This document shows, one piece after another, positions 1-7,436 of a stretch of DNA of 34,190 nucleotides. The DNA lies in the NCBI GenBank assembly GCA_046485285.1, contig JAWOHE010000056.1, positions 1 through 34,190 on the forward strand, in the 5' to 3' direction. The notes under the pieces are model-generated. The model saw only the letters and a list, made by a program, of their open reading frames with translations. It ran no database searches and was not told the origin of the DNA. The translations under genes and the position numbers were made by a program. The stretch comes from a bacterium. Lineage in GTDB: Bacteria; Hydrothermota; Tepidihabitantia; Tepidihabitantales; Tepidihabitantaceae. The stretch's first letter is position 1. Each line of letters begins with the position of its first letter.

Positions 1-154
1 AGAACTGCTGCCGCCACTTGTGCAGGGTGTTCTCGTTCACCCCCAACTCCCGGGCCACCCGGACGACCGTCACGTCGCCCGCGGTCGTCAGTCGGACTGC
101 GTTGAGCTTGAACTCACGCGTGTAGGTCTTCCGAGGCTCTCGCGCTTCTGTCAC
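1..154 (-). CDS. IS3-family transposase OrfA (HTH), 3' part outside the window
   Basis: Manual translation from GTG at 154: MTEAREPRKTYTREFKLNAVRLTTAGDVTVVRVARELGVNENTLHKWRQQF, matching the 'Y(T/S)xEFK..AV...VARELGV...L..W' pattern; SD GGAGG at 161-165. Confidence 0.88.
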   Translation of the reverse strand, partial: MTEAREPRKTYTREFKLNAVRLTTAGDVTVVRVARELGVNENTLHKWRQQF

Positions 155-218
155 TGATTACCTCCGGTCTGATGCTACACCCGCCTTTCAACGTGTCTAC
201 CATACCGGGGGCACTCCA
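1..218 (-). mobile_element. Left end of an IS3-family insertion sequence, truncated by the window start
   Basis: Minus strand from 218 reads TGGAGTGCCCCCGGTATGGTAGACAC, a 5'-TG IS3-like terminal repeat, followed by GGAGG and an OrfA-like ORF. Confidence 0.85.
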
Positions 219-473
219 CGGTCAGCTACCAGAAACAGCGCTACCAGCTCAAGCCCAGCTGCCGCAGTGTCTGTATTACCGACACCACGGTCGCAGCACA
301 GCAAAGGATTGACGGAACGACTCACATCCGGCATGACCGGGCTGGCGAAATCCAGCACATCCGCTTGCGTGCACGGCCCAAGCCTCGGCGCCCTTCGGCA
401 AGAAGTCGCTACGACACTCTCGCTATGGCGTCAGTATGACATATTCGCTGTGGTTTGACACGGAACGGGAGAA

Positions 474-971
474 TCAGCCGAGCTTGATCAGGAAGACGCT
501 GAGCGCCATCCCGAGCCCGATGAGCAGGGTCCAGCCGACAAAAGTGCTCAGCACGCCGGACGAGTCGCGCCGGTAGGTCTCACTGACCTCGGCGCTCGAG
601 AGCCGGACGTCCAGGGTCTCGTCGGGCACGACATAGATCCACTTCGTACCCACGCGCACCGCCCCGCGCTCGTAGCTGGACAGGAGCTGTGTGGTGTTGC
701 CCTCGCCGATGAGCCGCTGGGCGCGGAGCCCGTCCCAGAACTCCTCCGGCGCGTCGTCCTTGAAGGCCTGGAATACCTTGCGGGGACCGAACAGGCTGAC
801 GTAGTGCCGGCCGGGGCTGAGTTCGACGGCCGCGCCCTCAACCGCCAGCAACTGGGCCGTGCCGTCGAAGTAGACCTCCATCGGCAGGCTGTCGACCCCG
901 ACCGTCACCCAGCCGGCCGGCTGGCCGAGCGCCGCCAGACCAAGCAACGCGAGAACAGGCAGGCATCGCAT
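474..971 (-). CDS. Hypothetical exported protein with N-terminal signal peptide and C-terminal TM anchor
   Basis: MRCLPVLALLGLAALG signal-like start; hydrophobic C-terminus FVGWTLLIGLGMALSVFLIKLG; the TTG at 1010 given by the ORF track is part of the -35 hexamer. Confidence 0.7.
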   Translation of the reverse strand: MRCLPVLALLGLAALGQPAGWVTVGVDSLPMEVYFDGTAQLLAVEGAAVELSPGRHYVSLFGPRKVFQAFKDDAPEEFWDGLRAQRLIGEGNTTQLLSSYERGAVRVGTKWIYVVPDETLDVRLSSAEVSETYRRDSSGVLSTFVGWTLLIGLGMALSVFLIKLG

Positions 972-981
972 CTGGATGGAG

Positions 982-1010
982 ATGTTAGCACCGGCAGGAC
1001 GCCCGGTCAA
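982..1010 (-). promoter_or_regulatory. Sigma70-type promoter for the 474-971 gene
   Basis: TTGACC-N17-TAACAT on the minus strand. Confidence 0.55.
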
Positions 1011-1038
1011 ATCGTGAGGGCGCGGACGCCCGGGCCGG

Positions 1039-1066
1039 TTGACCCGGGCCGCACCGGCCCTAAGAT
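1039..1066 (+). promoter_or_regulatory. Sigma70-type promoter for the fabD operon
   Basis: TTGACC-N16-TAAGAT; SD AAGGAG at 1098-1103. Confidence 0.6.
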
Positions 1067-1109
1067 GCTGTTGCCACCACCGCCGCGCCGCGCGGCCAAG
1101 GAGCTACGC

Positions 1110-2027
1110 ATGCTGACTGACATCGGCCTCTTGTTCCCCGGCCAGGGCTCGCAGTTCGTCGGGATGGGTGCGGACCTCTACGACCGCTACCCTGAATCGC
1201 GCGCCGTCTACGACCGTGCGTCCGACGTTCTCGAGCTGGACATCCGCGAAGTTTCATTTCAGGGGCCGGAAGACCGCCTGCGCCAGACGCAGTTCACCCA
1301 GCCGGCGATTCTCGTTCACTCGCTGGCGGTGCTCGCCGCCCTGCCCGGACTCGAGCCCCGGGCGGTCGCCGGCCACTCGCTGGGAGAGTATTCGGCGCTT
1401 TACGCCGCCGGCGCCTTCGACTTCGATGCAGTCCTCAAGCTGGTCCGGCGCCGCGGGGTTCTGATGGGCGAGGAGGGCGTGAAGAACCCGGGCACGATGG
1501 CGGCCATCATCGGAATCGAGGCCGCGAAGGTCGAGGAGCTTTGCGCCGCGGTCGACGGGGTCGTCGCCCCGGCCAACTACAACGAACCGCTCCAGACCGT
1601 CATCTCGGGTGAGGTTGGGGCGGTGCGCAGCGCGGTCGAACTCGCCCCCGGCTTCGGCGCCCGCAAGGCCGTTATGCTGCCGGTTTCCGGCGCATTCCAC
1701 TCACCACTGCTGACCGAGTCGGCCGCGGCGTTCGCCGACTACCTGGCCGGCTTCGAGATCCGCGCGCCGCGCTGCCCGGTCGTCGTCAATGTCTCCGGCC
1801 GGCCGGTGCGCGATGCCGTTGCGGTGCGCGACGCGCTCGCCCGCCAGCTCACGAGCCCGGTCCGCTGGGTCGAGACGATCCGGGCCTGCCGGTCCCTCGG
1901 CGTCGCCTCATTCCTCGAGCCCGGCCCGGGCCGCGTCCTTGCCGGGCTCGCCCGGCGCATCGACCGGGACGCCTCAGTGACCGCCGCGGGCACCGCCGAC
2001 GAAGTCGCCGCCCTGCGCGGCTCCTGA
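1110..2027 (+). CDS. fabD: Malonyl-CoA:ACP transacylase
   Basis: LFPGQGSQ, TQFTQPAI, catalytic GHSLGEY, VSGAFHS, QLTSPVRW; start at ATG 1110 after AAGGAG. Confidence 0.97.
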   Translation: MLTDIGLLFPGQGSQFVGMGADLYDRYPESRAVYDRASDVLELDIREVSFQGPEDRLRQTQFTQPAILVHSLAVLAALPGLEPRAVAGHSLGEYSALYAAGAFDFDAVLKLVRRRGVLMGEEGVKNPGTMAAIIGIEAAKVEELCAAVDGVVAPANYNEPLQTVISGEVGAVRSAVELAPGFGARKAVMLPVSGAFHSPLLTESAAAFADYLAGFEIRAPRCPVVVNVSGRPVRDAVAVRDALARQLTSPVRWVETIRACRSLGVASFLEPGPGRVLAGLARRIDRDASVTAAGTADEVAALRGS

Positions 2028-2033
2028 CCCGGC

Positions 2034-3188
2034 GTGAAGCTCAAGGCCCGGCCCGACGACTTCCGGGTCGAGGAGCGTGTCAGTCTCCGCCCGCGAAAGC
2101 GCGGCCGCTACGCGGTCTACCGGCTCGAGAAGCGGTTCTGGAATACCCTCGACGTCATCCGCGAGCTCGAACGCCGGTACCGGTTCCGCGACATCGGCCG
2201 CGCCGGGCTCAAGGACCGCTATGCCCTCTCGGTCCAGTTCATCTCGACCACGACCGACGGGCCGGCGACGATCCGCGAAAAGAACTGGCAACTGTCCCTG
2301 GTCGGCCGGAGCGACGAACCGGTATCGCGGGAGATGTTGCTCGGCAACCGCTTCACAATCACGCTTCGCGCGCTGACCGGACCCGAAGCCGATGCCGTGG
2401 CTGCGGCCTGGCCCGGGGTCTGCCGTTCGGGGGTGCCCAGCTACTACGACGAACAGCGCCTTGGCTCCGCCCGCCACGGTGCCGGGTTCATCGCCCGGAA
2501 GCTCATTGCCGGACACTACAACGGCGCGCTCAAGCTCTGGCTCGCGACACCATCCGGCGCGGACGACCCGGCAGCCCGTCGCCGGAAGCAGGCAGTGCTC
2601 GCGAGCTGGGGCGACTGGCGCCGCTGCCTGCCGCACGTCCCGCCCGAGGCGCGCGCCGCGGTCGAACACCTGGCCGGCGCACCGGGCGACTTCAAAGGTG
2701 CGGTGCAGCTGATCGACCGCCGGCTGCTGGAGCTCTTCCTGAACGCCTGGCAGGGCTGGGTCTGGAACGAAACCCTCGCGCTCGTGCTCGAACGGACGGG
2801 CGTCGCTCACCTGCGGGTCAAGTACGGCCTCGGAACGTTCGTTTTCTACGACCGTCTCCAGACCGACCAGTTCCGCTACCTCTCGAAGCTGACAATCCCC
2901 GCGCCCGGTCCGCGCGCCCGTTTTGCGAGTGACCGGGTCGGGCGGGCGATGAACGAGGTCCTGGCCGCCGATGGACTCGAGCTGACCGACATCAAGCTCC
3001 GCTTCCGCCTGCGCGGGTTGTTCTTCCACACCTGGGACCGGCCGGCGGTCGTCATCCCCCGGAACCCGGTGCTGGGCCGCCCGAAACCAGATGAGCTCTA
3101 CCCCGGGCGTCTGCGGCTGACGGTCGGCTTCTTCCTGCCCGGCGGCGCCTACGCGACCATCCTGGTGAAGAGACTCCTGCCGTGCTGA
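2034..3188 (+). CDS. truD: tRNA pseudouridine(13) synthase TruD
   Basis: KARPDDFRVEE, AGLKDRYA (catalytic Asp), GNRFTITLR, YYDEQRLG, FFLPGGAYAT. Confidence 0.92.
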   Translation: MKLKARPDDFRVEERVSLRPRKRGRYAVYRLEKRFWNTLDVIRELERRYRFRDIGRAGLKDRYALSVQFISTTTDGPATIREKNWQLSLVGRSDEPVSREMLLGNRFTITLRALTGPEADAVAAAWPGVCRSGVPSYYDEQRLGSARHGAGFIARKLIAGHYNGALKLWLATPSGADDPAARRRKQAVLASWGDWRRCLPHVPPEARAAVEHLAGAPGDFKGAVQLIDRRLLELFLNAWQGWVWNETLALVLERTGVAHLRVKYGLGTFVFYDRLQTDQFRYLSKLTIPAPGPRARFASDRVGRAMNEVLAADGLELTDIKLRFRLRGLFFHTWDRPAVVIPRNPVLGRPKPDELYPGRLRLTVGFFLPGGAYATILVKRLLPC

Positions 3189-5965
3189 CCTTGCTGTTCT
3201 CTCTCGTCTGCCAGGTCCCGGGCTCGGTTGCCATTGACCCGGCGCTGACCTGGTACACGATCGAGACCGGACACTTCGAAATCCACTTCGCGAGCCACGA
3301 CCGCCGTCGCCCTGACGAGGAGTCTGAGCGACTTGCCCGCCGCATCGCCGACGCCTGCGAGGAAGTCCACGCCGCGCTGGTCCCCTACGCCGGCTGGACT
3401 CCTCGGGAACGCACCGACGTCGTCGTTGCCGACTTCTTCGACTATGCGAATGGCTGGGCCGCGCCGGTTCCCCGCAACACGATCACCGTCATCCCGACCA
3501 TCCCTGCCGGCGACCGGGTCGGCTTCGATGACTGGCTGAGGACGCTCCTCGTCCACGAATACGCCCACATCCTGCAACTGGATATGGTCCGGGGCATACC
3601 GGCGCTCCTGCGTCGGGTTTTCGGCCGGGTCATCGTCACCAACCCGCTGATGCCGACCTGGCTGATCGAAGGCTGGGCAGTCAAGGCCGAAACCGACCTG
3701 ACCTCATCGGGCCGGCTGGGCAGCACCGAGTACGATATGATGCTGCGCGCCGCCGCAGACTCGAACCGCCTCCTGCCGATTGACCGTGCCGCGCATTACA
3801 GCCTCGAGCTCTACCCGGGCGGCAACGCGCCCTACCTTTACGGTGGCACGTTCTACCGATGGGCCGAGCAGCGCTTCGGGGACACGATCTGGCAGCGCTA
3901 CCACCGACTGCGCGCCGGCGGCGTGCCGTACTTCGAGGAACCGCATGCCCGTCGAGTCTTTGGTCGCCCGTTCCCGGCACTCTGGCGTGACTGGCAGGCC
4001 GACGTTCGGCGTCACGCCGACACGGTCGGCCGCCGCCTCCGGGCCGAAGGCCTGACCTCGTTACGGCTGCTGACCGACGAAGGCTGGGATGCCGGCTCTC
4101 CCTGCTGGTCGCGGTCGGGCCAGGAAGTCTACTACCACTCCCGCGACCGGACCGAGTACCCGGCCATCAAGGCGGTTAACCTGACGAACGGTGCGACCCG
4201 GACTCTTCACCGGGGCCTGGTCAGCGGCACCATGAGCCTGACCCCTGACGGCCGACGTCTCCTGTTCTCGGAACGCGGGGTCTGGCGCAACTACTACGAG
4301 TTCTCCGACCTCTGGGCCCTTGAACTGGATACCGGCCGCCTTGAGCGGCTGACGCACGGCCTTCGTGCCACCGACCCGGACTGCGCGCCGGACGGCGCTC
4401 GCGTCGTGTTCGTGCTGAACCGGGGAATGACGACCGACCTGGCGATCCTCGACCTGCGCGACGGTACGGTCACCAACCTGACCAACACGACGGAGCCGAC
4501 CGGCCACAGCCGGCCCCGGTTCTCCCCTGACGGCCGCTACATCGCGGTCAGCATCAACCGGCCCGACGGCCGCTGTGATATCGAAGTCCACGACACGCGC
4601 ACCGGCTGGACGATCCCGGTGACCGATGACCGGGCGATCGACCTCGCGCCCGACTGGTCGCCCGGCGGACAGTGGCTTTACTACGCGTCCGACCGCTCAG
4701 GCGTCTTCAACGTCTACGCGTGGTCGCCGACCCGAACCAGCACGTACCGCTGCACCAACGTCCTGTACGGCGTGTTCGAACCAGCCGTCGCGCCCGACAA
4801 CCGCAGCCTGGCCGTCGCCGCTTTCTCCCCTCGCGGCTTCGACGTCGCGGTCCTGCCGCTCGAACCGCAGGACTGGGTCCTGACAGTGGACCTCGACGAG
4901 ACCCTGCCTGCCGCGCCGCGAGCCGGCCCGCCGGCGAGCGGGCAGGTGCTGTACCGCTACTCGCCGTTGCCCTCGCTCGTACCCGCGCTCTGGTTCCCGG
5001 CGCCGATACCCGAGTCGGACGGCTGGACCTTGAGCGCGATGACCTTCGGCTGGGATGCGCTCCAGCTCCACCGCTACGCTCTTGCCGCCGGTTGGCGCAC
5101 TGGCGGCCGGCCCGGCCCCCGGGTCATCGCCGACTACCGCTACGCCGGCCTCAGGCCCGACATCGCGCTCGAAACCGACCTCGCGCGCGACCGCCAGATC
5201 CTCGGGCTCTTCGCCGGCCTGCCCTTCCGCCGCACCCGGAGCTCGACCCGGCTGATGCTCGGCGTCCGGGCCGACCGCAGGGAAGTCGTCGGCCTCCGCC
5301 TGCTCTCGGGCTTCGCTCGCTCGACCGCCCGCGGCTACCGGCTCGGGGTTGCGCCTGAAGAAGGTGGCACCATCTACGTCTCGCCAGCGCTCGAGCACCG
5401 CTCTGCCCTCGGCCGCCGCACCCGGGTCAGCGTCTTCCACGACTTCCGGCACTGGTACCGTCTGCCTGCCCGAACCTCGCTCCAGGCCCGGCTCGCCTTC
5501 GGCATCGCCGGCGGCGACGCCTCGGCCGACTCGGCCTGGCGTATTGCGCCCGGCCCGGCTCCGCTCGGCGTGCGCGGCTTTGCCGACTCGTCCGCGCAGA
5601 CGGCCGCCTGCATCCTGCTCGCTGGAATCGAAGCCCGCACCCCGCTCCTGCGCGTCGAGCGCGGCATCGGCACCGCCCCGTTTTTCCTCTCCAACGTCAA
5701 TGCCGCGGTCTTCGCCGAAGGGGGGATTCTGAGCCATCGACTGCTGCCGACCACCGGGGAAGCCGACTCTGCCCGCATCGGCGCGGGCCTCGAACTCCGC
5801 GCCGATCTCATCCTCGGGCACATGGTCCCGGCCCAGATCAGGGCCGGAGCCGGCATCGGTGCCCGGCCCTACGGCTCACCGCCGTCGCACCAGTTTTACC
5901 TGAGAATCGAAAGTGCGCTCGTCGCCGGCCTCTTGGACCAGGCCGGCATCGTCGCCCCGGACTAG
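3182..5965 (+). CDS. Secreted or outer-membrane protein: zinc-metallopeptidase-like domain + TolB/PD40 beta-propeller + probable Omp85-like barrel
   Basis: HEYAH motif with a downstream WLIEG; repeated (S/T)PDG PD40 motifs; C-terminal beta-strand pattern (GVRGF, AAVFAEGG, GAGLELR); overlaps the truD stop. Confidence 0.8.
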   Translation: MLTLLFSLVCQVPGSVAIDPALTWYTIETGHFEIHFASHDRRRPDEESERLARRIADACEEVHAALVPYAGWTPRERTDVVVADFFDYANGWAAPVPRNTITVIPTIPAGDRVGFDDWLRTLLVHEYAHILQLDMVRGIPALLRRVFGRVIVTNPLMPTWLIEGWAVKAETDLTSSGRLGSTEYDMMLRAAADSNRLLPIDRAAHYSLELYPGGNAPYLYGGTFYRWAEQRFGDTIWQRYHRLRAGGVPYFEEPHARRVFGRPFPALWRDWQADVRRHADTVGRRLRAEGLTSLRLLTDEGWDAGSPCWSRSGQEVYYHSRDRTEYPAIKAVNLTNGATRTLHRGLVSGTMSLTPDGRRLLFSERGVWRNYYEFSDLWALELDTGRLERLTHGLRATDPDCAPDGARVVFVLNRGMTTDLAILDLRDGTVTNLTNTTEPTGHSRPRFSPDGRYIAVSINRPDGRCDIEVHDTRTGWTIPVTDDRAIDLAPDWSPGGQWLYYASDRSGVFNVYAWSPTRTSTYRCTNVLYGVFEPAVAPDNRSLAVAAFSPRGFDVAVLPLEPQDWVLTVDLDETLPAAPRAGPPASGQVLYRYSPLPSLVPALWFPAPIPESDGWTLSAMTFGWDALQLHRYALAAGWRTGGRPGPRVIADYRYAGLRPDIALETDLARDRQILGLFAGLPFRRTRSSTRLMLGVRADRREVVGLRLLSGFARSTARGYRLGVAPEEGGTIYVSPALEHRSALGRRTRVSVFHDFRHWYRLPARTSLQARLAFGIAGGDASADSAWRIAPGPAPLGVRGFADSSAQTAACILLAGIEARTPLLRVERGIGTAPFFLSNVNAAVFAEGGILSHRLLPTTGEADSARIGAGLELRADLILGHMVPAQIRAGAGIGARPYGSPPSHQFYLRIESALVAGLLDQAGIVAPD

Positions 5966-6002
5966 GCCGGCCCGGTCCGCGTCGTGTCTCCGTCCCGGGC
6001 GG

Positions 6003-6323
6003 CTACTTGCCGCAGACCGGGCACTTCTCACTGACCCCGGCCGGGGCGACCGGGTGGTCGCCTGCGTCGAGGCCGCCGTTGTCCATGCAGCCGTGATAGT
6101 GCCGACAGACCCGGACAAACGCGTCCCGGGGAGAGACGCTGGCCTCGAACCAGAAGAACTCGTACTCACCGCAGTGAGCCTTGATTGCCTCGCGGACATT
6201 GTGACCGGCGAAGCCAACGAGGCGAACGTGGCGGGAGTCCTTGCCCAACCCGAATACTCCGCCCAGACGGCAGGGCACGGACATGTCGACCTGCAACGGC
6301 CTCAGCATGTAGGGACCACGCAT
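6003..6323 (-). CDS. Small Cys/His-rich protein, degenerate GIY-YIG-like, C-terminal CxxC
   Basis: SD AGGAGG upstream; GGVFGL...LVG...FWFE...AF..CRHYH...LD...HP.....CPVC; has its own promoter. Confidence 0.75.
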   Translation of the reverse strand: MRGPYMLRPLQVDMSVPCRLGGVFGLGKDSRHVRLVGFAGHNVREAIKAHCGEYEFFWFEASVSPRDAFVRVCRHYHGCMDNGGLDAGDHPVAPAGVSEKCPVCGK

Positions 6324-6435
6324 ACAGCCTCCTGACAGAAAACGGCGAGACCGCAGTCAGCCTCGCCCCTGCCTACACCGATGTAACCCGGTCGGTAGTG
6401 CCTGACCGACACTGCGCGTATTGCGCGCTCCGATG

Positions 6436-6466
6436 ATTATACTACCCGGCTCTCCGCCCCTGTCAA
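6436..6466 (-). promoter_or_regulatory. Promoter for the 6003-6323 gene
   Basis: Perfect TTGACA and TATAAT 19 nt apart (alternative -10 TAGTAT at 16 nt). Confidence 0.7.
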
Positions 6467-6480
6467 TTGCACTTGTGAAT

Positions 6481-7385
6481 GCAGAGCGACAATGTCATAG
6501 GGGAAGCGAGAGTACCATGCTTGCATGTGAATGACGCCCGCACCATCTCACCGCACCTGAGCTCGGCTTCCGTCCGTTAGCTGCCGCCCGCCCGGAAGTC
6601 TAACGCCGAATTGTCACTCTGCGGACAGCCGAACCCGCCCGCGTCTCCCAAACTCACCCGATTGCGCGCTTGCGCCGCCCGCGCGAGTATGGTTTTCCGG
6701 GACCGAACCGCCGAGGAGGGCACTGTCCAGGGGATATCCCGGTAACCGCTGCCGGGAACCCTTCCGGGGGCTTCTCTTTAGCCCTGCCCGGGCGACCATT
6801 CTGGACTCCGTCTGTCCCGCCGGCGCGGGCGCCGGCGCGGCACCCGTCCTGAGAACCAGCCAGACGCGCGGCCGGGACACCGTTCACGCGCCTGCCCACA
6901 ATGCCGTCTGTGCGCCCGTCCCGGCCGCGAACCGGGCGTCTCGCGAAGTGCGGTGCCCGGTGTGGTGTCCGAGCCGCCATTCGCTGTCTCGACCGACGCT
7001 CCATCCCGCGCCGGCAATTCCGGCACGGAGGCCACGACCCAGGCCGCGGTTGACGGGTCGGTACAGTCTGCTACTCCGAGCCGACGAAACCAGTGTCTGA
7101 GAACCACCTCCCGTGCCGGAACCAGCTGTCGGACCGCAGAGCCGGTCTACGACACTCCCGCTTCGCACCAGTCCTGACATCCTGGCCCTGGCCTGACGCT
7201 CCGGTGGCCAATGCGAGTTGCGGCCGCCCGACTGGTGCAGGAGCGCCCGAGACCGGCGCCGATTGAAAGCAGGCAACCTTGGAGGGCCTCGGGGCGTCAT
7301 AACCGGTGGATTGGGACACAGGGGTTGCAGGACGCATCTGCCTCCTTCTTGAAGAAGACGCGGGCCAGGCCAATGCTTGGCCCGC
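6481..7385. ncRNA. Candidate large structured non-coding RNA (unassigned)
   Basis: No convincing ORF; several nested 8-13 bp helices (6481-93/6610-22, 6819-29/7005-15, 6867-78/6918-29, 7018-28/7111-21, 7141-48/7250-57, 7165-73/7230-38). Confidence 0.35.
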
Positions 7386-7391
7386 TTCTCG

Positions 7392-7426
7392 TCCCGGCTT
7401 GACCCGAACAGCCGGGATTCTATACT
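7392..7426 (+). promoter_or_regulatory. uvrA promoter with an overlapping dyad
   Basis: TTGACC(7399)-N16-TATACT(7421); inverted repeat TCCCGGCT-N10-AGCCGGGA brackets the -35. Confidence 0.65.
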
Positions 7427-7436
7427 GACGTCCCCG

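Noticed and set aside
267-458. 63-aa plus-strand ORF next to the IS
   Set aside because: No SD, atypical codon usage and no recognisable motif
804-1109. N-terminal extension of fabD (likewise uvrA from 7377, PQQ protein from 19793, Kelch protein from 24230)
   Set aside because: The extensions overlap promoters or opposite-strand genes; downstream starts have SD or promoter support and match family N-termini
6560-6800. Riboswitch-like fragments on the minus strand (CAGCTAAC..GAAGC like c-di-AMP; GCTAAA..CAGCGGTTACCG like c-di-GMP-I)
   Set aside because: The other conserved halves of these aptamers are missing
7071-7337. 88-aa minus-strand ORF preceded by AAGGAGG
   Set aside because: SD lies only 3 nt from the ATG, and codon usage and composition are atypical; not excluded but unsupported
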